A stretch of 64,000 nucleotides of DNA from Pseudogymnoascus verrucosus. Its lineage: Eukaryota. Below, in pieces: positions 39,342 through 51,969 of the stretch; within the stretch, counting starts at the first letter, position 1, and the number at the start of each line of letters is the position of its first letter. The position numbers and the translations under genes are program-made. The notes beneath the pieces were generated by a model. It ran no database searches. It saw only the letters and a program-made list of their open reading frames with translations, and had not been told where the DNA came from. The DNA lies in the NCBI GenBank assembly GCA_001662655.1, contig KV460229.1. One strand, written 5' to 3'.

Positions 39342-40609
39342 TCAGCCTGGCCCGGTCTCGGCCTCAGCCTCGGTGAAGAGGTGGCCGGTCCACTTTAGGA
39401 TGTAGTCGGCAGCATGGTGTGTCAGCATTCCGTAGCCTGGGTTGAAAACTGGAGCGAACATATCTGTAGTAGCATTAGTATGTGAGATTTTCTCTCGAGA
39501 CATATAAGACTCCTCCGAATATTGGCACTTACTCATATGCGCCGTGACCTCATCTTTAGCCTTATCATTCACTACCTCCTTCCACTTCCCTGCTTTAGGT
39601 AAATTGCAAAACGTCCTTCCTCCCGCCCCAGTCCCCGCCTCAGCACCCCGTCCCAACTTGGTATATAAATTCACCCACCCCACCTCCGCGCCTGCGCTCA
39701 CCGCTTCCACCCCCGCAACACGCGCCCTCAGCTCCTCAGGCCTCATCAGGCACCCCACAAACGCCATATGGCTCGTTGTCCAGTTTACCAACTCCCCTAT
39801 CTCGCGCCTCTTGGCGTAGGCCGCCGCCCCGCCCGCAGCTAGCACTGCTGCACCTCCAATCACGGCCAGCTTTCCCCAGTTTCCCCATCCCGTTGCGTCG
39901 GCTTTTTTCTCTTCCTTCGCGCTGCCCTCTACGGCAGTCAGTTTAAATGTATCGGCACTCCGCGTTGTTGGGGACTTCGCGCCGCCTGCGGCTGCGGCTG
40001 CTGCTGTTCCGCCGCCAAACATTCCTAGTCCAGTTAGCTGCGATAGAGTACTGGAGGCAGCCTTGTAATGCGCCTCGCCGCCGTAGGCGAGGACGCCGGG
40101 GCTGATTCCTAGGTACGGGGTGTCCATGGCGAGGACGCCTCTGATATTGGGGAACAGGTTCGTCGCCGGCGACGGTAGTGTGTTTTTTTCCGAGCCGTGG
40201 CTCGCCTCGCTAGGCAAGATGGTCTGCTCGCTCGCTATTCCGAGTAGGGCGTCCGCGGCAACGATGCCGCCCATGCTGTGGCCTATGAGGACGATGTGAA
40301 CACTTGGCGCGACGGAAGGGGAGGGCGTCTCAGCAGCAACTTCGAGGTCGATAACGTGGTCGAGAAGCCAAGTGCGGAAGGAGGCAACGGCTGCGGCAAG
40401 GTCACCGCGGGTTTCGTAGGCGGGGTAGACGAGGGGAAGGATGGTGGTATTGGGGAGGGAGGGGGCGAGGATGGAGGCGACATGATCGGGGAAGGAGGCG
40501 AAGGTTTTGTGGTCGCCCTATGGGGGTCAGTCGGTGGTGGAGAATAGGAGGGGGTGTAGCGTACCTTGAAGCCATGGATAAATACAAGAAGGAGCGTTTT
40601 ATTCTTCAT
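39342..40609 (-). CDS. Alpha/beta hydrolase (DUF676 lipase-like)
   Basis: LLLVFIHGFK/G split by an intron, nucleophile elbow IGHSMGG, AMDTPYLG, RTFCNLP, and DEVTAHM. Confidence 0.85.
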
Positions 40610-41164
40610 GGTTGTGTTTAGTGTTGGGATTGTGGTTTGGAGATGCGTTTGTGAGGGGAGAAGTGTCAGCCTTGCGGATTGCGGGGCGGCCCTTGGTGAT
40701 GTCAGTTGTGGCGGGAGAGGAGGATCGTTGTTCCGTTTCCGCCAACCACTGTTGAAATAAATCACGAATATAATTAGACCACATTCGTTTGCTCAGACCG
40801 AAGGAATATAGAAGTAAGTGTTTTGTTTAATTAGCTGATGTTGTGAAGTCTAGTACTATATGCTTGTGGTCCAATATTCTACGAAAACAAGCCTAATAAT
40901 CATCCGCTCAGTTACATTATAGTTGCTCACTAGCCTTATTTTCACACTTAAAGTTACTCATTATAAAATCAGCCGATGGTGCAAACTACTGATGTTTTAC
41001 GTCAACTTGAAGTGACTCAACTTATGCTAGATAGTTAGCTTTGTACCTATGATTTGTGGGTATATATTCTGATATTCTGTTCCTGTAATCTTTATTTTGT
41101 ATCAAACTAAACTTCCTCTCTGAACACTACACATGTCGACAAATATCCCACGTCACAAACGACG

Positions 41165-41668
41165 ATGGAAGCCGTCCCTTCCAAACTTACCTCTATCGAG
41201 GACTTGAAAGCTCAACCATCATTATGGTACAAAATCCATGTGCTTGTTTATGATCTTCGAAACTTCCAAGAGAATCCCATGGCTCAGGCACGACATGATG
41301 CAGTTGAAGATTTATTATATATTGGGGCGCCATACTTTGACCCGGTTGAAGTACAGCAACTAAAGGCCAGCATCGTAGATGCTACAAATAGCAAATCTTT
41401 GGAAATGCTCCTTGAAGATACCTTGAGAGAACTTCTGGAGAGAAGAATGAAAAAAAGGGTTGATAGCGGGGATTATCGCGTCTGCGCTGCACACGACATC
41501 GCACCAATCTTTGAGAAAGCTTTCAGCATCAAGCCAAACGATTTGCAAACGAACATTGACTTTCTTGCCCTCTTAGAAAGCTGCAAATTAGAGCCCAAGG
41601 GTATTGACAACTGGACAGGGCTGCTAAAAAAATCCTTCAAGCTGAACAACAAACACAAGAAACGTTAA
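41165..41668 (+). CDS. Hypothetical protein (167 aa)
   Basis: Single ORF with globular composition and good start context (acgATGG). No recognised motif. Confidence 0.6.
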   Translation: MEAVPSKLTSIEDLKAQPSLWYKIHVLVYDLRNFQENPMAQARHDAVEDLLYIGAPYFDPVEVQQLKASIVDATNSKSLEMLLEDTLRELLERRMKKRVDSGDYRVCAAHDIAPIFEKAFSIKPNDLQTNIDFLALLESCKLEPKGIDNWTGLLKKSFKLNNKHKKR

Positions 41669-43356
41669 AAACCTCCATTTGTTATTTTCTTCGGCCTCTC
41701 AAACACCTCCCTTAGCCGCCTGTCATATTCGCTCTTCTGCTGGATCTTACCAACGACGAATTCCTGGCTTTCCGAACACCAATATGAAGAAACAATACGC
41801 TCAAAGTTACTATCAGCGAAATGATCCGCAAATCTAGGCTGGAGATGTTGGATGAAAATGCCATATAGCCCTGAGATACTGTCTAGAGCTAGAAAGTAGA
41901 AGAAATTCCCACACTCCCACCCCTTCTGCATGGTGCATGCGCGGGATAATGAAATTGGTTTATCACTTCCTAGACCCTGTAGCGCCTCCTCACGAGCAAA
42001 GATTCTGTGAAATTCGCTATATTTAACTTCAATCAAGGCGAGTTCCTCATCAGCAAAGCCATCGACCGCTTGACTCGTAAGCCAGTACGGTGGGTGCTGC
42101 ATCTCCATAGGCAAAGAGCATGCCCACTCTAGATCAATGAAAAATTTGATATTCCACTCGTCATCCACGAATATATTGCTTTGATGGACATCGGTTTGGG
42201 TGAGGAGGAATGGCCCGCGGCGTAGATCATGGCGTATAAAGCGTGGAAGGACGGTCCGAATGATAGCTAGAGCAGCCATCTGTGAACGGCAATCAGACTC
42301 GTCGTTAATGGCGTTGAGTTGGTAAGTTAGATGGTTATCATGACAGGATAATACGTCGAGAAAGTAGGACTCCGTCGTAGCGTAAGTTGTATCTCGATCT
42401 ATCTTCGTTGGAATGCCCTCATTCTCTAATTGATGTATCTGAAGAGTCAGCGGGCGGTTCGCAAGTCTAACCACTCCGTCGTTGTCCATAGTAAAGGAGC
42501 CAATACGTGGCAATGGAATATTCCCTAGCGCAAGCATAATTCGTGACAAGCCCTGAAACAGATTGGCTAAATGGCCGTCATCCTGTCGGTAACTTTCCCA
42601 CAATGCTGATAGCATCGTGCCGTCGGTCTCTTCGAGGTAATCAATAACTAGGTGCCCTATCTCAAAACTATAGGGGCGCCCTGCTGATATATACCTACAG
42701 GGATTGTTGTGGCCTAACAGGAAAGAGAACTGGCGGCGAAGAGTCTCAAAAAGCCGTGTGAGTAGGGATGCGCCGTCTAATGCGATGAACTATGCCATGA
42801 CAATTAGCATTGTAGGGCCGATTATAATATTTCTTGGCAGATTACTTACGCTATAGCCCTTTGTGTCCTGCGCATCAGCTGCAAATGCAAACCCCCACAG
42901 GTGAGGAATAGGAACGTCCGGGCAGTTCTCGCGGATCCAAACATAAGTAGCTGCCTCGCAACGGACCTTTTCATTTGCATTGCCTGGATAATTTAACTCG
43001 CCAACCTTATAGGGGAGCGGGAATCGGATCATGACTTTTCTGCCAGGCCGTTTCTTCCAGTTGTCGATATAGAGTGGTAGGCACATGTTGAAGCTGCCAT
43101 GGACCCACTCATCGAAAGGCGATAGGCGGCATCTCTCAGTGCCTTTAAGGCGGAGATAGCAAGATACAACGGTTTCTATTTCCTGCGTATGCTGAAGTAA
43201 GTAGGCTACGAAGTCCTCTCTCTTCTGCCAATATGTCAATTGCTGGAGGACATTTTGCTCCTGGTCCGCCGCGTCGCTATAGCTGATATTTCCTCGTAAA
43301 GTTTGAAGGGTTATTCCTAAACCTAACGGCGGGAGACTTCGATTGAGATGCTGCAT
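41665..43356 (-). CDS. Aminoglycoside/choline kinase-like phosphotransferase (APH family)
   Basis: HGSFNMC, RFPLPYKVGE, EKVRCEAATY, intron 42790-42849, Brenner-like TDVHQSNIFVD and IDLEW. Confidence 0.85.
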
Positions 43357-43824
43357 TAGATATTCTGCATCAGAAACGCTGCATTAGAGATGCTGGGTTT
43401 AGAGTAGCCTTTTGTTGATATTTACCAGGCTGTGGTGGCCAGAGAGAGAGAGACCGCACCGACGGGGCTTCTCAGCCAATCAAAGCGTTTGAATATATCA
43501 TAGAACTCATAGTCAGCAACATCTATTGTTAGAGTCTCAAACGATTACAGACGGGTTTAAAAACGGATAAGTACTATAGGCCGTAGTTATCATATTACGA
43601 ACTGTATGGAAGCCTAGCGTTTAGGAGTTGAATACAATGGGGTAATTCTAACAGTCGACGTCGGCCATTGGTAGATACGCACGGGCGACATGGTGGTTGT
43701 TTCATAAACACCAAAAGCTTCTATTAACCACAGACGAAGAACCCGCTTTAAGGCCTTTGATATGAAAATATATTCCTTGAATTTTATTAAACCGACTATA
43801 CTACCTACTTGTCCCTTCCACATC

Positions 43825-46800
43825 TTACATCTCCGTCTCCGCCCCCTGTCCCCCGAACATCGCACCCGAAACGTCAACATCTACCATCTCTGTATCATTT
43901 GGCTCGGGAGGCTCCCAAAACTTCCCCGATTTTGCTCCCTCCCATTGTTCGGGTCCGATAAACCGTAATACTCCAGGTGGCCCGGCCCTACAGTGTAATT
44001 AGCCCTTCATTCACTTCGCTCAGGGACCCGGAAGCTCAAAATGTGATATAAAATAGTAACGAGAAGCAACAGAGGGAGCAACGGAGGGAACTTACACCCA
44101 CAGATCCGGACACGCAGTAACAATATGTGCAAACACGTCCACATCGACTTCCTGTTGTTCATCCCCCAAGCTGTTGAAGTACGTTCGTATATCTTCAGAA
44201 TCGATATCAACGAACATGAATCGGGGTGCGCGAGGAGGTGCATTTTGCATCCTCCAGAACTCTTGATCAAGACTGACGACGCGGAAGTCCGAGATATCAT
44301 TTGCGAAGTAGGCGGGGTCACGATCGAGAGGAGGAAGCGGGGGTCGGGGGTGCGGGAGGAGCTCTTGGTCACTGGGCCAGCCGGTGGAGAGGATGGTTAT
44401 ATCAATTGCCCCCAAGTGGTGAATGAATAAACTGTGAGGTTAAGGGGTTAGCAGAGCCTCATAGCAAATGTATGCGGAAGCGAAGCCAACAAGGGAAACG
44501 AAAGTGGGCAAGGATCGTGGGGGGGTGGTGGAGAGTACTTCAAGCATATCTTCTTCTCAATTGCGATGTGGCGGAGATACTGTTCAAATTCCTCCGGACC
44601 GACAACGTTGCGCCGCAGCCGTATCAACTCACGATTTAGGTATTCTAGAAGTAGGTTTATGGGCACCCGGTTGTGCATAGTGTCTAGCGCTAAAACTAGG
44701 CGTAGGTTGCAAAGCGACCTGTGGATATACTCATACCGCTCTGGCGCAGCATTTGGGGGAGACGATTCGTGTGAAAAGTTCGACTCATTGCCAGATTGGT
44801 CATCAGGGTCGGAAACGTCAGAGGACAAGGCCGTGAGAACTGAGAGGGGGGAGTCTAGAGGGTCAGCTATCGTGTGGATGGAGATGCATGGGGTATATAC
44901 CTGGTTCTGGGGGAAGACCTTCTAGGCCCATTTCTTCTCTTTCGCGCTGTGTTTCGTACCATTCATGCTTTTCCTTTTTACTAAGAAATTTGGCGCGCCA
45001 GTCAGACAAAGCACCGCGAGTTGTTGTTAATGCAGTGACTGCAAGGTTTTGGTTCTGTATTCGCCTCGTCTGGATGGTATGAGCAATTATACTGTCCTGA
45101 GAACTAATGTTAAGAGGCAGAGCTGGTGTATGAGAGGGTGGAGGCAGCCACCTCCACCTCTGTGAGGTTCCGACGGTGTATACTTGGGCACCAGAGGCAA
45201 GCTGACCGAGGTGTAAAGCTTTCCCGGTCTCGCCGTAGACTCGGACAAAGCTGGACCAGAAATCTTTCCGAGCAAGATCGTGAAAGTAGTGGTATGGGAT
45301 GGGATAGTATGTCTTTAGCTCCTCGTAGCTCTCTAGTGGGCGAGCGTATTTGATGTTCGTGCGGTTTATGTCATCGCCATCGCGTCGGGGCCACTTGTGT
45401 GCGAAGTAACTGAGAGGGGATGGTTCTATGGGAACCCTGTCTACGATGTAGTTCATGTTCTAAATTATAAATTGGCTATTGTAGTTTTAAAGGAGTTATG
45501 ATTGGAGCTTACTGCCATGGTTACTGAATAGCCGTACTCTGCCAGAGCTTCGTCCTCAAAGAAGAGTTCTTGCCAGGGGTAGTTTCCTTCAATGTCACGG
45601 TTCTGTCTCCGGTATAGATCACCTATAGCATGCTTTCTTTTGTCAGCGTTGCCCTGTGAGAGTAGATGACACTAATCTACCAATGACGCACCCCTATTTC
45701 ATGAACGATAGTACTCGCTATAAAAAACTGCATCCCTAATCTCTCGGCTTGCTATGAATAGTCAGCAAATGAGTAACCAACAGGTAATAGAAACAAAAAC
45801 ACACAGTCAACTTCTCTCGAAGAAAGGGTTTAAATAAGTGAATGGCCAGTGAAATCTCAACCGGATCAACGCCGAGTACATCATGCTTCACAGTAAAACC
45901 ATGATAGTATTGATCATTGTCTCTAAGATCATGCTGCAAAGGGCCCAGGCTAGTGACTGTATCTACAACCCCACTTTCTATTCCAAAGCTGATGAGGCCA
46001 CTTGCTTCAGCCAGTTCACGGCGTACTTGCGCTCGATTAGCGTAGAACACCTCTGGAGGGCGCCTGTGAATGGTTCTCAAGCCGTCCATAAATGACGAGT
46101 TGAAGACCCTGCGCTCTCCGTGTAGTAGTGTATCCCACCTACATTAGTTAGACTCAATTCTGTAACAATTACGAAAACAATGGCTGCCATACCAGTGGCT
46201 AATGTGGGAATTTGTGAGAAATTGTGATGCCAACTTGAGGATGGGTTCCAATATTTCCCAAACGAACGGGTTCTGTGCCTGTAATTCAAAGTATTAGTTC
46301 TGTGAAACTTGGTATATATCACCAACACATTACCTCCCAGTACCCAGGCTTCCCATTGCCAATTCTCCAAAACGCACGATTGGCTGGTATCGATTCACGA
46401 GTCCTCCAATGCTGACCCACAAGGATTGGATGGATTGCGTTGTCTAGTTTCAGCAATGGCGTCTCTTCTTTGACAAGAGTTGGGACTGCGTCGATAGCTT
46501 GAAGCTGGTTCGAATCGAAACCAAATAGCCTGCGTCGCTGCTCATTCCTTTTCGCCTCCTCCGTCCTGAATTGGCGCCAGGAAGGCCGATGTTGGAGGTT
46601 CATCGGCGTCCACCCGCTTTCTCCATTATTTAAGACGCGCGCAGCGCCAAATACTTTAGCCAATGCTGACTTCTTGTATTTCCTTTTCGGTGCGGATGAG
46701 GGTCGTGTTGAGTTGGCTTTTTTTTTGCGCTTCTTGACCCCAGGCCACGCGCCAGTTGGTTCTGGGAGGTCATTGGCTTTGCGTTTCTTAGGGAGCTGGC

Positions 46801-46840
46801 TGCCAAAGCCGGCTTTGAGTGGGTTATCATCAATCGCCAT
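43825..46840 (-). CDS. Multi-exon hypothetical protein with HExxH zinc-metallopeptidase-like motif
   Basis: ORF fragments chain through about 8 canonical introns. Basic N-terminus (KKRK, KKRKKK). STIVHEIG|HAIG is joined across intron 45633-45691, followed by FFEDEALAEYGYS. Some junctions are approximate. Confidence 0.65.
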
Positions 46841-47715
46841 GCGTATTTAAACCGAGTTGCTGCGAGAATTGTTGGTACAATTGGAACACCTCATTCCGAG
46901 AAAACAAGACAATAAAATAAAATAAGAAGGGCATTCTCTCAAGAAAACTGAAGGTAGCACAATAAGGCGCCTCGACCATCCTTTGTTATTCTTTGTAGCG
47001 ACGAATCCGGCACTCGACCAGAAAGACAATGAAATAACAGATCCGTATCCGGCCCCACGGCATGCGGCTATACCCTTGATAAAGAAGGGTATAGCCGCGT
47101 GCCGTGGGGCCGGATACTGATACAAGATATTGAGGAGAAGCTCATGTTGCGAGAGTTCATATCGGCATATAGGCTTGTGGGCTACTGGGGATTTTGAGTT
47201 CGCAACCAACGAGACATACAGTTGATCGATACCTACACCAGTATGGTGATAGCAGCCGCCATACTCAAAAAGGTGAGGGCCTGTTCGCTTGCTCACAAAG
47301 TACTGTCACGTCGTCTGATTGCACGCATTTGTTTTATCTCCTGACGAGACCACGATCAGTCTAAAAGCGCTGTCGGCTGGCGCGTCTTTCTTGTAAAGAC
47401 CGTCTGTGGAGGTGACATAAGGTCCCTATGCCGCTGGGACTCTAAAGCGCGCGAGTCCTCTATTTGGCTTCGCCGAGAAAATGGCGATGGAAATTCTCCC
47501 AGTCCAGTCTTCTCATCCAGGCCGTCGTGTCAAAACGGCGTGGCCACTGTATATCACCGTATCACCGTATTGGAGGTTCTATTCTCCGTCCAGGTCTCCC
47601 GTTGGATCTCCCACGGTGTCAAAGCCGAGACTACAGATGAGCTATGGGACTGGCCCAATGTCAAGAGGCTGCTGTTGAGCAATAACAAAATATCTTTTAC
47701 TTGTCAGTTTGGCAC

Positions 47716-48582
47716 TTAGCGCGGCCCAAAATATGATGTTCTTCCAGTATTTGGACCTTGTTCGGTAATTCGTTTGACTGACACTTGTTAGCTGGTAGGT
47801 CATCAGATGCTCCAAAGGTCCAAAGGTCACTTACACTTGCTCCAACTGAACGGCTCCGCAAGGTCTTTCAACGTCTCTTTCCAAACCCTCGCCGCCCAAA
47901 GTGTTACCAATAGATCAAACTCCTTCGTATCAATCGGAGCTTTCAACTCCAACCTCGGCGGCCGATCAACTTTACCATCATCTTTTCTCGTCAACTTTGT
48001 CTCCACGGCCACCAATCTACCGTCCCAATCTTTCCACTCAAGCTCATCTTTCCTGCTCAACTTCTGCTTCATGCTCTGCCCAATCTTAAAGTGCTCATCT
48101 GCACTGCACGAGGTCCACGAAGTCGAGATACCCTTCGCCATACCAAACTGCATCGGGATACCGCGATGCAGTTTGATGTCTTTGAAGACATACTTGGAGT
48201 TCGACTGGGCCTCAAGTGAGACAACGTCGCCAAACTCGGACATACCAGCGCGGAAATCGTACAGATGTCGCTTGCGTTGGCGAAGCGCACCCTCGCCGTC
48301 GTTGGTGGTCAGACGGTAGATGAATTTCTCGACAGCGAATGCTGCGGACCTGTCGATTGTAGGAGGGTTGCTCAACTCGTAGAGTGAATTTGTTGGTTGT
48401 GATTCCGCATAGATGAAGCAGTCGTCCATGATGAGGCATGGTAGCTCCCCTGTCATTAGCTGGTCGCGTGGTTGCGATTCGGCGACATCGTCGTAAGTCG
48501 GTGGCTCGATTGGTATGTGTGTGGAGGCCGACGCTGGGTCTTCGGTGTACGAAGGCGGCTCCTGGCGCGGTTGCGAGGCCAT
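47716..48582 (-). CDS. Hypothetical protein with N-terminal PPxY motifs
   Basis: 251-aa ORF containing PPSY and PPTY, then a GTAAGT intron into a short terminal exon ending YFGPR*. Confidence 0.7.
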
Positions 48583-48951
48583 CGTGAGAACTGTTTCCGT
48601 AGAAGAAGTGCGGGGTGGATGATGGTGGTTGGAAGTCGGGAGATTCGGTAGTATTTATCTATATTGTTATCGCCGGATCGTTGGAAAGAGGGGCCACTGT
48701 CGGAACGTCATTTTGGAAGCTCTTGCAGGGATTACTTCCTTCGTAAAATAGAGTGCGTTTATTAGGCAGATCTCTAGGCAGAGCAGCGTGGCTATGTAGG
48801 GATGTCCTGCCGGATGAAGCTGAAATAGGTCGATCTAGGATTCTGCCTAATATTAGTAAGTAACACAATACGACTAAAACACATAATAATCAACCAGTTC
48901 AGTCTAGTCCAGATAGCTGTAAATCTTTATAATGTTTATTTACTTTTCAGT

Positions 48952-50440
48952 TCAACTTGGTCTTATCATTAAATAGCTATTGACACTTTGGAGTGTCGAG
49001 CGACTTGGGTTTGAATCTGGTATGGCTGTCATGATCCATCCTAGGCGCCGCCGAATAAAGGCTTTGTCTATTCCTGAACCTTCTTGCCCCAGTTCAAACA
49101 AATCACCGTTCTCATCATACAGAATGCAAAGTATAGCAAGTGCTACTCCAATGGAGAGATCTTTGCCGTCGGGACATGCCACCACAATCCTGGGAGACTT
49201 GGTTTCAGCAGAGGCCGTCGAGAGTGACCTCTTGACGAAGTCAATCATATGAGGTAAAGCAGATCGTAGGTTGCGGCTTCCAATTTTGCCAGAGCCAATT
49301 CCAATCTCTAGCCTATGTTTATCTTTCTGCCAGCTTGCAGGGGCTGTAATTTCGGAGCTAACTGTGATAATAATATCGCTACTGCTAGCGGATTGAGCTG
49401 CGAGAGATGTCGACGACGTGACATAAAGAGAAGAAGTTGGTGGTAGAAGGGTAGGGCTAGGCTTGCCGGTACTGGTGTTGGAAGAGCTTGATACCAACTC
49501 TGTGATCAAGCTTGGGAGCTCAGATTCCGACGTGGAAAGTAGGAGCTCACTGTTTGGCCAGAACACGGTAGGAGTCAACCCATGGGCCCAGTTCTCAGTA
49601 TCATCCCCAGAGCCTTGAATGTATCCCCCTTCACTGACTTCACCACCGGCAACTCGCCGAGATGCGGTGCAGCATATTACGGGGTGATAATCGCTGAACA
49701 CTTGTTCCTCAACAGGGAGCGCCGACTCTGGTGTTACCCATAACGGTCTTATCGGTTTAGATATGTGCTCTCTGAGCGGTTTCATGTTGATGCCCAGGCT
49801 AGCGAAAGACTCTGTGAAGTCGTCTAATCGTGCAGCTATTTGGGCATTCTCAGAGGTCGAGACAGCTTGTGGGGGCGTGTAGAGGTTGTGATATTCCGGC
49901 TTGTCCGGGAAGAGGGAGCGGTTAATGACGCTACACCATATTGGAATTGTCTTGCTCAGGGCATCGGGCATTCCTGTCGTAACGTTAGCTCGATCTTGAG
50001 TAGACGGAAGGAGCTGACGAACTCTTTCCTCTCCGAGTAGAATCTACAATGATGCATCTACAAAGATTTAGTATTGCATTCAAACCCAAGTATTCCCCAT
50101 GCGCCTACCCATCACCCTTTCCAATCAACTCGAGGAGATGTGTGTTCAACCTCCGGGTACTAAACTTCCAAACGCCTGTATGTCCATCGGTGCTTTTGAA
50201 GTATGCGCTCCCTGATTTGGCCTCTGGGTTAATATACCAGCTTCCGCACCGTTCATTGGCGACTAGAGGGCGGCAGTATGCCCCCGACACGCTTTGAACG
50301 AAAGCGGCATCGACGAGGATCGACTGGAGGCGGTTGTGGATGGAGAGAGTGTGGCGTTTGATATCCCCCAGGGTCTTGGAGAAGTTATGATTCGCTTGTT
50401 CCGAGAAGATGAGGTCAGAAGCGGTAGCTGGTGGCGGCAT
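48952..50440 (-). CDS. RIT1: Initiator tRNA A64 2'-O-ribosylphosphate transferase
   Basis: LVANERCGSWY, AYFKSTDGH, IVDSTRRGK, MPDALSKTIPIW, YIQGSGDDTENWA, GKDLSIG, NPSRSTLQSVN; two introns. Confidence 0.93.
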
Positions 50441-50933
50441 TCTCCTCTTGTATCGTGGGAATTTGTGGTAATGGGAGTTTAAGGTGGGATCTCTCGGGGA
50501 TGGCTCGCAGTTGAAGTGACGGCATGAAGCCGCTGGAGAAGGTGCCAAGGGAATATTTATCGGACCGAACTTACACCTAAATTAGCTGTGGTTCACCGTA
50601 CCCTTGGAACTTTCCCCAATTGTTGACTTCGGATTTCTTCGAAAATATTTACAATAAACCAGTGAGCCTTTTACGCCGATTCCATAATTTATTTTCAACG
50701 CCTGATGCACAACGTGGAGCATTTGTCATATTCATAGTGTAAGGTGAGTGGTTTGTGCGGTGGTGAATGGTCCAAAGTGGAGCCTGTCCTCTGAGCACCA
50801 CCAATATTAAAGGGCGACCAGGCCCATCGTCATTTTTATCATTTTCTGGTCATTATAAACTTCTAAAAGGGTTTCGCTCCCAACTTCAGTTATTGCACTC
50901 GTACTATCGACAGTGTGAGCCATACAATCTATT

Positions 50934-51604
50934 ATGTTCAAATTCTCGACTCGTCTGGTCCCTTCAGGCCATCGTATCCACTGGAGTTCTTTGAGAAAGA
51001 TAACCCCTGCAACTACATTCCAGCTCCGGCCAAAATGCACCGAAAGTTCCCCAAAGGCTCCATGCAGCAAAAATGAAGGAAAGACGCTGCCTCCTGCGGT
51101 ATTTTCATCGCAATTTTGGGCGTCGAGGGCAGTATGGAATCGAGCTGGTCTAAATACGCTGCGATGTCTCGTTGGTTGTACTCTCGGGGACTTCTCATCC
51201 ATGTGGTATCTCCAAGCTTTCCATCCGGAACTTGGGACTGGGGCAATCATGGCGATTTCCAGTACGTGTGCCTGCCCATTGACTTGTATTTTCTCAGCTA
51301 ACGTGATTTAGTGGCGAGCGGTGTCACGACTTCTCTACTCCTGGAGACTGTTCTTCTCCGGCTCGGCCGTGATCAACTTGGCTGGATGGTAGCGGCCAAG
51401 ACGGCGGCAGGAATGAGTCTTATATCAATGATATCGATGGAACTGGCTGAGAACCTTGTTGATTACCATTTAACGGGGGGAGTCATTCAGCTCGACTCGC
51501 CGCAGTTCTGGGGAGCTGCCATTGTATCGATAGCAGCTGGGTTCTTGACGCCATTGCCGTACAATTACCACAGACTGCGGAAGTATGGCAAGGCATGTCA
51601 CTGA
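50934..51604 (+). CDS. DUF4396-type small membrane protein
   Basis: NTLRCLVGCTLGDF, intron 51263-51311, GMSLISMISMELAEN, and AGFLTPLPYNY. Confidence 0.75.
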
Positions 51605-51969
51605 GGTGTGATTTGCATAAAGTCGACAATGTTGTATAATAGTTCCATTTATTAGGCGTTTCAAAGGACGGTGTTAAGGACTGTAATAGTAGTTCAGTAA
51701 AATACCACTTATTATATACTACAATCCCTTACGTATCACAGTGATTACAGCAACTATAGTTCAAGTAAACTCAGGGCTACAACAAATAAGGCGGTTACCC
51801 AGGAATTATATTCTATATACATTCTCGTTGGATTTGGCACCTTGAAAAAAGGGTCTGATTGTAAACTGAGACCGTGTAAGAGGATATGCCTTGGCATTAT
51901 CAACCTGTATTTCCAGTAACGCCTGCAAGACCCATATCTTGACCTATTTGTAACACACTTCTATTCATA

